DNA from: Octopus sinensis
Taxonomy: Eukaryota
NCBI RefSeq assembly: GCF_006345805.1
Contig: NC_043006.1
Location: forward strand, 74,524,001-74,588,000
Direction of reading: 5' to 3'
Length of the DNA stretch: 64,000 nt
This document shows positions 39,918 through 52,720 of the stretch, piece by piece (the first letter of the stretch is position 1; every line of letters starts with the position of its first letter). A program made the position numbers and the translations under genes. The notes beneath the pieces are model-generated. The model worked only from the letters and a program-made list of their open reading frames with translations. It searched no databases and was not told the origin of the DNA.

Positions 39918-40297
39918 ACTCTCTTACTTTCTCTTACGTGTGTCAGTCATTTGACTGCAGCCATGCTGGAGCACCGCCTTTAGTCGACCAAATCGACCCC
40001 AGGACTTATTCTTTGTAAGCTTATTCTATCGGTCGCTTTTGCCGAATCGCTAAGTTACTGGGACGTAAACACACTACAGTCGGTTGTCAAGCGATGTTGG
40101 GGGACAAACAAAGACACACAAACATATACACACACACATACATATATACAACGGGATTCCTTCGGTTTCCGTCTACCAAATCCACTCACAAGTCTTTGGT
40201 CGGCCCGAGGCTATAGTACAAGACACTTGCCCAAGGTGTCACGCAGTGGGACTGAACCCAGAACCATGTGGTTGGTAAGCAAACTACTTACCACACG
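39918..40297 (-). mobile_element. SINE family B (tRNA head, CORE-like domain, internal microsatellite, LINE-like tail), near full length
   Basis: Collinear with 56157-56580 in reverse. Confidence 0.9.
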
Positions 40298-40790
40298 GCA
40301 CGTGTGTGTTATGCATATATGTATGTGTTTGTTTATATTTACATCATGAACCAGCGTTAATAAATGATGGGTTTGTATCTCTCACGTTAAATTCCATAAC
40401 ATAGCGGTTCGTGATAAAGTTCAATAAAATAGTTATCAAATTGAAACGAATGCTGGGATCTATCTACATGATAGACTAAAATCTTCTAAGGTCTTGCTCC
40501 AGCTTGGTACCTATCCAAAGAAAAAGAGCAGTAAAAACTAACATAAATATACATGCAACGCAACTACTTATCTCTTCTCTTAGCCACACTGATTCATATC
40601 ATATCCGACTCTTCTGCTTTTCCAATTTTTATTATCTACTACGATCATACAAAAGACATTGAATATATTTTCTTGCTCACTTCCAATGTATCTTGATAAA
40701 AAAAATTCATTATGATAACTACCACCATTCATACACGTTTGAACGCCTTTTAAATTCTGAATGCTTCGTACTTTGTGTAGCTTCAGTAGC

Positions 40791-41012
40791 TTATATATAT
40801 ATATATATATATAATATATATATAGATATAATATATAGATAGATAGATAGATAGATATATAGATAGTTATATAGATATGTATATATAGATAGATATATAG
40901 GTATATATATATAGATAGATATATAGATATATATATAGATATATAGATATAGATAGATATAGATAGATATATAGATATAGATAGATAGATATAGATATAG
41001 ATATATTTAGAT

Positions 41013-41048
<36 letters not shown>

Positions 41049-41380
41049 GTAGACAGACCGACAGACAGATAGATAGATAGTTATCATATGCTACTGAAGC
41101 TATAGAAAACTTTAAGAATAGGTATGTATATATGTATCTATGAATGTTGTAGATATATATGTGTGCATGTTTGTGTGTGTATGTTATATAATATATATAC
41201 ATATATATTATATACATATACATATATATATGTATATATATATGCATATATATGTATATATATATATGTATATATATATATGTAATATATATGCATATAT
41301 ATATGTATATATATAGATGCAATATATATATATATGTATAGTAATATATGCATATATATATGTATATATATATATGCATA

Positions 41381-41413
<33 letters not shown>

Positions 41414-41547
41414 TATATATATATATATATATATATACATTTAAATAATATATTATTTCTAGTTCTTTGTGATATGTGCCTGTTGAATATGTTGAGGTTG
41501 TTCTCAACATATGAAATTATTAATAGCTCATAAAAGCATGCATTGTG

Positions 41548-41583
<36 letters not shown>

Positions 41584-41640
41584 TATATATTATATATATA
41601 TATATATATCTATATATATTATATATATATATATTATATG
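40791..41640. repeat. Compound (TA)n/(GATA)n microsatellite field
   Basis: Directly visible. Confidence 0.9.
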
Positions 41641-42046
41641 CTAGTTGATCTCAACAATGTGCTAATGCCATTTTACAATATTACAATAATATTTTAATTC
41701 CTGTCAGACGTCTGAGATGTCGAATGCAAATGACTTATTGATGTCAAATTTCACTAACGTATAAAGCGAAATAACGTGATAGCTGAAATTTCCAGAAAAT
41801 ATTATCTTTTCTATAAAGAAAATTGTTGATTCAATGATCTGTAGCAGATTTATAAATATGTATGTATATGGGTGTAAATACAATATGGGTATGCATACAT
41901 TGGTATGTAGGTAGGAGCGTGTGAGTATGAATATGTGCGTATTTTAGTGGCAAATTGTCCGTGTACATACGTGCTTAAAATCACATATACATATGTATGT
42001 TCTATTTGTACATGAGTGCGTGTATGTGTGCGAATTTACATTTCCG

Positions 42047-42105
<59 letters not shown>

Positions 42106-42107
<2 letters not shown>

Positions 42108-42533
42108 TCTTTACTCTTTTACTTGTTTCAGTCATGTGAATGTGGCCATGCTGCAGCACCATCTTTAGTCAAGCAAATCGACCCCCAGGATTTATTCTTT
42201 GTAAGCCTAGTTCTTATTCTATCGGTCTCTTTTGCCGAACCGAAGCGCTAAATTACGGGGACGTAAACACACCAGCATCGGTTGTCAAGCGATGTTGTGG
42301 GGGGGGGACAAACACAGACACACAAACATATACACACACACACACATACATATATATATGCATATATACGACGGGCTTCTTTTAGTTTCCGTCTACCAAA
42401 TCCACACACAAGCCTTTAGTGGGCCCGAGGCTTATAATAAAAGACACTTGCCCAAGGTGCCACGCAGTGGAACTGAACCTGGAACCATGTGGTTTGTAAG
42501 CAAGCTACGTACCACACAGCCACTCCTACGCCT
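42106..42533 (-). mobile_element. SINE family B, full length, inserted in (TA)n
   Basis: Collinear with 56157-56580 in reverse; tail repeat (gagtaaa)n. Confidence 0.92.
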
Positions 42534-42602
42534 ATATATATATATATATATATATATATAATGTGTGTGTGTGTATATATATATTATATAATATATATAT
42601 GT

Positions 42603-42652
<50 letters not shown>

Positions 42653-42676
42653 AGATATATATGTATATATGACAGT

Positions 42677-42976
42677 GGAGGCACATGGCTTAGTGGCTAG
42701 AGAGCAACGGACTCGCGGTCGAGGGATCTCGGCTTCGAATCTCAGACAGAAACGCCTAAGCTCCACGCGGCTCCGGCAGAAGGTTATGGCGAACTTCTTC
42801 TGACTCTTTCGCCACAACTTTCTCTAAATCTTTCCTCCTGCACTTGGCACTCACTTGCGACGGACCGGCGTCTCATCCAGGTAGGGAACCTATAAGGAAA
42901 CCTATAATGAAACCGGGAAACCGGCCCTTATGAGCCAGGCATGGCCGAAAAAGGAACAAATTACAGCAACAAAAAC
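42677..42976 (+). mobile_element. SINE family C head with a V-domain-like tail
   Basis: ggaggcacatggcttagtgg...cggactcgcggtcg...cacaactttctct, then tgcgacggaccggcgtctcatccagg...gaaaccgggaaaccggcccttatgagcc. Confidence 0.8.
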
Positions 42977-43689
42977 ATATATATATATATATATACATAC
43001 ATACATATATATATATATACATATGATGAGTGTGTGTCTATACTTAAGTATATGTGTGAATATATATGCATATACATACATGCACATGGAATGATTGATA
43101 GATAGGTAGATAGATAGGTAGATATACATATATTCATATACCCACATATTTATGCATAAACATATATTTGTGTACATATATCTGCGCATATATATATATA
43201 TATATATATACGTGTGTGTGTGTGTGTTAGTGTGTATGTGTGTGTGTGCTTGTGTATGTGTGTAAGTATGTGTTTCTTTACGGGTGAATGTATGTGTTTG
43301 TACGTAAGTTTGTATGTATGTACAACGGAAATAGATATTTCGTAGATACGACACGAATATAATCATCGTAAACTTACTTCAACAAAACCCAAAGGCATAT
43401 GAAATATTCATATCTCTTGTATTATACTTCGATGTAAAAACACTAAACAGAATGTAAAATAAAGACAAGTGACGTTGTAGATACTTTGATATAAATATGT
43501 ATATTCTATACGTTTATTATTACTGAACGAATCTTGTTTATTCTAGCATAAAGATGTTATACTTTGCCAAAACCTCCAGCTTTCATAAGCAGGTTGTCAG
43601 AGAAGTTAGTAATTTGTACCACTCTATTTCTGAAATACTATTCCTAAAATTATACATGAAAGATCATACGCGATTGTAAATATATGCAT

Positions 43690-44390
43690 GTCTATTCATA
43701 TAAGTACATTATATATATATATACATAATAATATATATACATATATATATATATATCATACATACATATATACATATATATATATACATATATATATATA
43801 CATATATATATACTATATATATATATATATATATTACATATTATACATATAAGATACATATTATATATGTATATATATATATACATATAATACATATATA
43901 TATGTATATAATATAATATACATATATAATACATATATATATACATATATATATACATATATATATATACATATATATATATACATATTATATATATACA
44001 TATATATACTATATATACATATATATGTATATATATATATACATATATATACATATATATATGTATATATATATATATATATATACATATATATACATAT
44101 ATATGTTATATATAATATGCATGTCTATTCATATATATAAATATATGCATGTCTATTCATATAAGTACATTATATATATATACATATATATATATTATAC
44201 ATATTATATATATATATATACATATATATATACATATGATATACATATATATAGACATATATATATATACAATATATATATACATATATATAATATATAT
44301 ACATATATATAGTATCTATTATATACATATATATATGTGATATATATATATACATATATATATATGTATGTAAATATGCGTATATATGTG
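43690..44390. repeat. Long degenerate (TA)n/(TACA)n field
   Basis: Directly visible; atatgcatgtctattcatat recurs near 43682, 44115 and 44143. Confidence 0.9.
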
Positions 44391-44715
44391 GTGGTGGGGA
44401 TATGTGTATGCTGTGCATTTGTTTGTGTGTGTGCGAACCTATTTGGAATAGTTATCTAAATATGTAAACCTATATATTTCTATACGTAAGAAGACACGAA
44501 ACCAAACAACTCCCCTTTGCTCATTTGTGAGCTCACGTCCCACGTCTTTGTATTATATACATGTCTCTGTTTATGCAAGTGAGTGTGTATGCATGCTTTT
44601 GAATATCCTTGCGCGCGGCGCGCGCGTATGTGTGTGTGTATGTGTCACTGTGAGTGTGTTTGTGTCAGGGATGTAAAATATATTGTTCTTCCTCGAACTA
44701 AAAGATTATCATCAC

Positions 44716-44775
<60 letters not shown>

Positions 44776-44884
44776 TGTACATGGTGCGGCAAAATCCCTC
44801 GCACTTTGTACTCGTTAACAAACTTTTCAACAGCAAACACACAGTGGACACCAATCTAAAGTATTATAGTAAGTATATATATAT

Positions 44885-45008
<124 letters not shown>

Positions 45009-45580
45009 ATAGCGCTGAAAACACTACCTCTATGAGAAAATCGTTACCACCTGTCTGACGTGAATAGCGCGCCATACCAATGCACATGGAAAATATAGGA
45101 CGTTTTTCTGGCGTATTCTGCACACCATGGACTCTCCCGTCGTTAGACAACATATGAAGGTACCTGCAATTTCATGCTGAACAACTATACAGTTCGCTTG
45201 TTTCTAATGATCAAATGTTTGTGTCCACAATAGCTGACTCTCTCCATAAAATGAACGTTATTTTTAGGGGTGCACGACGTGCTATATATCATAAGACGAA
45301 ACAATAGCAGAGCAATGAGACATGAGGTATATTTGCTCAAGAACATAACGCAATGCTTGATCTGAGGATCGAAACCCCGATCTCACAATCTTGAGTGCAA
45401 CACTCTAACAATTAAGCCATATAGTATAATCCGGTTAAAAATCTAGTAACGTACATTTATGAGATTTTATGCCGTTATTTGGCTACCACATGTTATCCTA
45501 CAGTGGGGTATATTCCAGGGTTTATTACACAAATATTAGAATATTATAACACAAGAATGGACGACATCAGGCTTCAATAT

Positions 45581-46149
45581 ACTTTTCTACTCTAGGCACA
45601 ATTTTGAGGAAGGGGGCCAGATGATTAGATCGACACCGATATGCAGCTGGTACTTAATTTATCGATCCCAAAAGAATGAAAGGCAAAGTCGGTGAAATTT
45701 GAACATAGAACATAAAGACAGACGAAATACCTATTTCTTTACTACCCATAAGGGGCTAAACACAGAGGGGACAAACAAGGACAGACAAACGGATTAAGTC
45801 GATTATATCGACCCCAGTGCGTAACTGGTACTTATTTAATTGACCCCAAAAGGATGAAAAGCAAAGTCGACGTCGGCGGAATTTGAACTCAGGACGTAAA
45901 GACAGACGAAATACCTATTTCCTTACTACCCATAAGGGGCTAAACACAGAGGGGACAAACAAGGACAGACAAACGGATTAAGTCGATTATATCGACCCCA
46001 GTGTGTAACTGATACTTAATTTAGCGACCCCGAAAGGATGAAAGGCAAATTCGACGTCGGCGGAATTTGAACTCAGAACGTAACGGTAGACAAAATGCGG
46101 CTACGCATTTCGCCCGGCCTGCTAACGTTTCTGTCAGCTCGCCGCCTTC
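45581..46149 (-). mobile_element. SINE family A trimer (X, X, Y tails) within a single 14-bp TSD
   Basis: 184-bp period (45721 and 45905). TSD tcaggctt(c/t)aatat at 45567-45580 and 46150-46163. Confidence 0.9.
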
Positions 46150-46572
46150 TCAGGCTTTAATATTAGATCATAACATTTGTTTCTGCACCGCACACCAGGT
46201 TTTAGTTGCTAAATTTATATTCATCTATTATCATTCAGTATTATTGTTTATAATTACTATATAGTTGAATATTTTTCAGCAACAGCCGTGGGTGGGTGCT
46301 TCATCGGGTGGTGCTGTACAGAAAAAGGAATTGTGTGACAATAATTAAGTGCTCATATCTTCTATCAGCGTGTTATATTATTCTCGCATATATATGTGTG
46401 TGTGTGTGTGTGTGTATGTGTCTGTCTGTCTGTGTAAGCATATATATATATATATATATATAATATATATATATATGCATGTGTGTGTTTATATTTATGT
46501 ATACATGTACACATATATACATAGATACATATACAGACACACACACAGAAAAACATATATATATATATATAT

Positions 46573-46614
<42 letters not shown>

Positions 46615-46619
46615 ATATC

Positions 46620-46682
<63 letters not shown>

Positions 46683-46705
46683 CATATACATAATATATAT
46701 ATATA

Positions 46706-46812
<107 letters not shown>

Positions 46813-46839
46813 ATATATATACACACACACACAACACAC

Positions 46840-46870
<31 letters not shown>

Positions 46871-46905
46871 CACATATATACACACACGTGCACACACACA
46901 CACAT

Positions 46906-46956
<51 letters not shown>

Positions 46957-46992
46957 TGCGTGTATTTATTCTTATAAATACATGCACACGTG

Positions 46993-47087
<95 letters not shown>

Positions 47088-48789
47088 CCATTTTAGTGCA
47101 TGAAAGAACCTGGAGACGAAATCCGAAACATCTGTGGCAAGGTTAATATTACGGTAGTATTGCTTTTACCGTTGTCTTTGTTGTTTGTTGTTTATAATTT
47201 GAATTTTAACGAATTCATTTGTAATTCTTTCATGTTATTGCCATGCTTGCTAATGGTAAAACTAGTTTTGATGTCGTTGCTTTGACTTCCTCGCTGAAGT
47301 CAAGAACAATAATGGAGTTTGTATCCTGTTATTCCACGGATCGATAAACTGCAACTGAATCTCTTATTTCACATCAAACTCAACCGTCTTTCAAAGAAAA
47401 AAAAAACAGAGAAGGGGTCGTTGGATACTATATATTTCTTTATGTGATCAGTTTAAATATTCATGTAAAGCTGGTAAACCATGGCAAATTCAGGAAGTTA
47501 TACAATATTCCTTGCATAAAAAAACTTGAAGCAAAAAAGCCTCAAAAGAACATCAATAGGAAAGAATTACAGATTAGTCCTGCTTTCGTAGTTTAAATGT
47601 TTTATAGCTTTCGTAAGTTGGAAGATTATATTTATAGTTGTTTGATCTGTGCAAAAAAATTGCGAATACAGCCTTGTGTAGTCATTTTAGGAACATTTTT
47701 TAAATGCTTTGTGACTGAGGATGGTAAATAATTTTGCACTGGATCAAATAATGCTATAAACCTTCTGAAGAATTTCCACCACCTCATGAAATCATTAAAG
47801 GTACTATTTCAAAACTCACCAGATACTGCTATATTCCCGAGACTATTGAAAGAAACTACAATAAAACCTATATAGGTACAAAGGTGTTAGCAGTGCTGAA
47901 GCTAAAAATTGCAGACCTGTTTCCCTCACGTCTTACACGTCTAAAATTATCCAATGCCTTGTCCGAAGACAAAAAGTAATAACATACCTGGAGGAAAACA
48001 ACTTAGATGACACTCGGTATAGGTTCCGGACTGAACGAAGTTGCCTGTCACAATTCTTACAGCATCATAACACTACCTCTAATAATCTCTTAAGGGGAAA
48101 GATCATTGACTGTTAAAACCTTGATATTGTTAAGGCGTTTGACAAGACTGATCATTGAATCATCTGTCATAATTTAAGAAATCTTGGTATCACAGGAAAT
48201 GTCGGAGAATGGTTCTTTAACTCCCTATACGGTAGGAGTCAACCAATTACTGCAAATGGATTTCTCTCCAAGTTACCTGTAATACGTCGTATACATCAGG
48301 GAATGAATTACAAAGAATATCGATGGCTAGGAGCTAAACCAGAAAAAATACAAAAATTAGTACATCAAAATTTCAGCTTCTACATTACAAACGAATTCAC
48401 CCAAATCGCAATATTTGACACAAGGTAACATAATGATTCAGAGCACCAATGACATACAGGACTTAGGTGTAATCATGTCAAATGATACATTTTCCATCAG
48501 CCATATTATCAAACTAACCTTTAAATGCAGCAAACTCATAGACTGCATCCTACGAACATTCATGACAAGGGAACCAGTAGTTAGTTTTATACTTAGGGAA
48601 AATCCTAGTTCTGAGCAGTTTATTCATCCGGTCTCATAGAATAAATTGAAGGGTTACAAGGAATGTTCACTGGTAAAATACCTTCAGTTAAAAGTCTTAT
48701 TTACCGAGAATGTCTGAAAGCGCTGAGTCTCTTGGCACCCAAGAGAAATATATACTATCACATTCATATGGAAAATTGTTGGGGGACAT

Positions 48790-49056
48790 ATGGCGCAGTG
48801 GTTAAGAGCGCGGGCTACTAACTCCAAGATTCCAAATTCGATTCCAAGCAGTGACCTGAACACTAACAACAACAACAATAATAGCATCGAAAAATACATT
48901 AGGAATGAGAACACAGGTTCGAAATTTCCACAAGACACCTGAAGAAGGCTGGAGGGTATATCAGCCGAAACGTTGTGTTAACAACAAACAAGATGAGGAC
49001 AAATATCCATCGAATGTAAATAATGTATATAATTCCTCATCTCTAAAATATAGAAC
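48790..49056 (+). mobile_element. tRNA-headed SINE-like element carrying a hammerhead ribozyme motif
   Basis: A-box tggcgcagtgg (48791-48801), B-box ttcgattcc (near 48837), an (AAC)n linker and a hammerhead at 48934-48979. Flanked by tgt(t/g)g(g/a)gggacat at 48777-48789 and 49057-49069. Removing it restores the LINE frame IWKIVEGHVP. Confidence 0.8.
48934..48979 (+). ncRNA. Minimal type I hammerhead ribozyme motif
   Basis: gacac-CTGAAGA-a-GGCTG(gagggtatat)CAGCC-GAAAC-GTT-gtgtt: 5-bp stem I, 5-bp stem II, palindromic aacgtt stem III region, GUU triplet. Confidence 0.75.
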
Positions 49057-49476
49057 TGTGGAGGGACATGTTCCAACCTTCGGCACTGAAGAGAGTTTTA
49101 ATGCACGAACATTTATATACTCTAAGCTTGCAAATATACTACGTTCGAAATCATGGGCTAAAATACTCTATCGTAACAATCTGACATTTAGAGTTCCCTC
49201 AACTGTTCAACTACCCATGTAAATTAAAAGAAATATAAAAGAGACTTCTACTGAAACATTAAAACCCCCCTCCCCAAACTCATTAGATGAACTCTCAACG
49301 ATACCTTAGAAGTCAACCATTCAAGGATGATGCATTCAGAGGAGAACAGCTGCTAGAAAACTCAATCATAGACCACATTCCAGTCAAGAAGCAACAACAA
49401 AACCTAATTGAAAATACATTAAGGCGGTGCTCTAGAAAGGCTGCAGTACTATCATTACTTTCTAAAAAATTTATAG

Positions 49477-50803
49477 GGAACTTCCTCGAAGTTTCGAGGA
49501 TTTTATAACTTCCTGAAAAATTGGTCGAAAACTTCCTGGAAAGTCCCGAGGATTTCATGTAAAGTTCCGGGGATTCACCAAATTCATGGAAACTTGATCG
49601 GAAACACCGTGCAAAGTTCCGAGGATTTCATGGAAATTTCCGGGGATGCCCCAACTTCATTGAAAATTGGTCATAACATTCCTGGAAAGTTCCGAGGTTT
49701 TCGTGGAAAGTTTCGGGGATTTCCCAACTTCCTGGAAAATTGGTCGGAAACTTCCTGCAAAGTTCCGAGGATTTTATGGAAATCTCCGGGGATTCCCCTA
49801 AATTCCTGGAATATTTGTCAGAAACTTCCTGGGAAGATCCGATGATTTCATGGACAGTTCCGGGGATTTCCCAACTTCCTGGATAGTTGGTCGGAAACTA
49901 CCTGGAAAGTTTCGCGGATATCATGGAAAGTTCCGGGGATCCCCTAAATTCCTGGAATATTTGTGGGAAACTTCCTGGGAAGATCCGATGATTTCATGGA
50001 CAGTTCCGGGGATTTCCCAACTTCCTGGATAGTTGGTCGGAAACTACCTGGAAAGTTTCGCGGATATCATGGAAAGTTCCGGGGATTCCCCTAAATTCCT
50101 GGAATATTTGTGGGAAACTTCCTGGGAAGATCCGATGATTTCACGGAAAGTTCCGGGGATTTCCCAACTTCCTGGAAATTTGATAGGAAAGTTTCGAGGA
50201 TTTCGTGGAAGTTTCCGGGGATCTCCCAACTTCCAGGGAAATTGGTCGGAACCTTCCTGGAAAGTTCCGAGGATTTCATGAAAAGTATAGGGAACTCCCC
50301 TAAATTCCTGGAAAATTTGTCGGAAACTTCCTGGAAAGTTCCAGGGATTGCGTGGAAACTTCCGGGGATTCCCCCAAATTCCTAGAAAACTTGCCCAAAA
50401 CCTCCTGGAACGTTCCCAGGATTTCATGGAAAGTTCCGGGGATTTCCCAACTTCCTAGAAAGATCCGAGATTTTCATGGAATGTTCTGGGGACACTTCAA
50501 CTACATAGAAAATTGGTCGGAAAATTTCCGGGGATTCCCCTAACTTCCTGGATAACTGGTCGGAAACTTTCTGGAAAGATCCGAGGAATTCATGAAAGTT
50601 CCGGGGATTTCCCAGCTTGCTGCAAATTTGGTCCGAAACTTTCTGGAAATTTCCGGTGATTTCATGGAAAGTTCCGAGGATCCCCCTAAATCCCTGCAAA
50701 ACTGGTTGGAAACTTCCTGGAAAGCTGCGAGGATTTTGTGGAAAGTTCCAGGGATTTCCCAACTTCCTGGAAAATTGGTTGAAAGTCCCGAGGATTTCCA
50801 CAA
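49477..50803. repeat. 73-bp tandem satellite, about 18 units, with a local dimeric (about 146-bp) duplication
   Basis: Unit ggaaagttccgaggatttcat-ggaaagttccggggatttcccaacttcct-ggaaaattggtcggaaacttcct (49684 to 49757 is 73 bp). About 49832-49977 recurs almost exactly at about 49978-50124. Confidence 0.93.
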
Positions 50804-51055
50804 GGTAATGTTGTCGTTGATAAATTACGGAAATAAAAATATACGGCGGGATGATCGTGGCTGGAATGTTCTTGCTTATATACCTACTTGATGAGGTCCT
50901 ACCTATGGCTAAATAACTACAATAAGGGTATCAACACATTGACTCATTCCAAAGCTGATCGAGCATTACGTCTGTCATCCAGCTTTCATTGTTATATATT
51001 TTTACCAAATGCATAAAAGCATACACTATATCGTATATTGAAGTACTTAATACCA

Positions 51056-52720
51056 TTGGGTTGTCCGGAAAGTTCGTGCCGATTTATAGTAGCTTACCTT
51101 TCAACTTATTTTAGAACATGATTGAGTCCATAAAATAGGATTTGACTACACCTCCATTTACAACACAGTTTAAGCTATCTTTTCGTGGAAGAAGGTTTAT
51201 GTTCCTATAACCTATGTTAATTCAGTAACCCTTTAAAGTGGAAGATAAGAAAGTTCATTTTCGGCACTTGATGCTTTTCTTTTTCTGTAAATGGAAAAAT
51301 GCCTCACAAGCAACCAAAGAAATATGCGCAGTTTATGGTGATGTTTCTTTATTCAAAAGAACTGTACCGTAGTGCTTCGCAAGGTTCTGAGCTGGAGGTT
51401 GTAGTCTTACTGTTAAAGAGCGATCAGGCAGACCATCCACTACAGATGATAAACAAATCAAGTCATTAATTGAGAATAACCCACTTTGCACAACCCGAGA
51501 ATTGGCAGAAAGCCTCAGCCTATCAAAATCCGTCGTTCATGAGCACCTGGTATAGCTTGGGTACACAAATCGCTACGATGTTCGGGTACCACATGAGTTG
51601 AGTGAGAAGAACCTTTTGTATCGCATTTCCATCTGTGATTCGCTTTATAAACGGTATGAAAGCGCGCCTTTTTTAAAGCAAATTGTGACGTGATGAGAAA
51701 TGAATTATCAAGCGAGATGATCAGAGAAAACGATCCTAGAGTAAGCGACATGAGCCACTCTTAGCCACCCCAAAAGCGAATCTTCACCCTAAAAAAGTCT
51801 TGCTTTGTGTCTGGTAGGATTGGAAAGGAATTCTCTACTATGAGCTTCTCCCAAGTAACCTGACAATTAATTCTGAGAAATACTGCACACAACTGGACGA
51901 GTTAAAAGAAGCAATTCAAGAGTAACGTCCAGATGTGTTACCCCACCTTCCATATTCACTAGATATTGCTCCTTCGGATTTCCACTTATTCAGGTCTCTG
52001 CAGAATAGTCTTAATGTTAAAATTTTTAATTCCTTGGATGACGTAAAAAGATACCTTGATGAATTATTTGCCACGAAACCACCTCAATTCTGGAAAGAGG
52101 GTATTTTCAAGTTAAAGGAAAGGTGGCGACGCATTGTGCAACAAAATGGTTCATATTTGGTAGATTAAAAGACACATCATCTCGAAAGAGTCCAGAAGCT
52201 GGCTCCCCGCATGTTTTTTGGCCTCAAGCATTTGTCTTATGAAGAAAGGCTGAAGACGCTCGACCTTTATTCTCTAGAAAAACGACGACGCCGTGGTGAT
52301 CTCATTCTTGTTCACAACATCATAAGCGGAAAATGTAACCTCTCGAAAGAGCTGTTCTTCACTCCTGCTCCAGAGCGTCGGCTGCGGGGTCATTCCGAAA
52401 AAGCTCTATCTGCGACGTTTTAATCTCAATCGAAGGAGAGGAGCTTTCTCCGTCCGGGTTGCGGATCCGTGGAATAAGCTGCCGGACGAGATAGTGAAGA
52501 TGCCGACGACCGCTCGGTTCAAAGTCTCTCTTGACCAGAAATGGCCTGAACTCTTTGCATGAACACCCTCCCTGTACATAACTCCATGTCCCCCTACATG
52601 GCCTTGCTTTTGCTTTTTGAGCCAAAAAATTAACTTAACTTAACTAAAAACATAATGGCAAGTATTTATTGACCTTTTTCTTTCCTTTAAAAATCGGCAC
52701 GAACTTTCCGGACAACCCAA
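51056..52720 (+). mobile_element. Mariner (mellifera-like), internally deleted, with a nested CR1 fragment
   Basis: Perfect 30-bp TIRs ttgggttgtccggaaagttcgtgccgattt (51056-51085, 52691-52720), with TA on the right and CA on the left. Transposase 51238-52168: EDKKVHFRHLMLF, RSGRP, VPHELSEK, LHPKKVLLCVW, LPHLPYSLDIAPSDFHLFRSLQNSL. The HDNARPH segment is deleted and there are several stops. Confidence 0.95.
52171..52644 (+). mobile_element. CR1-clade LINE 3' fragment inserted just after the mariner stop codon
   Basis: LERVQKLA..LSYEERLKTLDLYSLEKRRRRGDLI..LRGHSEK..FSVRVADPWNKLP. (TTAAC)n tail. taaaa duplicated at 52166-52170 and 52645-52649. The empty site is seen in the sister mariner at about 54074. 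Confidence 0.92.

Larger units (their letters stand above)
47740..49460 (+). mobile_element. Degenerate CR1-group LINE (RT to 3' end), interrupted by a SINE
   Basis: YRFRTERSCLSQ, LDIVKAFDKTDH.IICHNLRNLGITGNVGEW..GRSQ..ANG, IQDLGVIMSND, ILRTFMTRE, IWKIVEGHVP and NSIID. Many stops and indels. Confidence 0.8.

Noticed and set aside
47460-47510. gtaaaccatggcaaattcagg (VNHGKFR) as the next GnRHR exon
   Set aside because: Only a short chance similarity to the expected ICL3 sequence; no TM6 follows.
49594-50891. Overlapping ORFs in the 73-bp array; also considered as CRISPR-like
   Set aside because: The unit length is not a multiple of 3, there are no unique spacers and no cas genes, and the context is eukaryotic.
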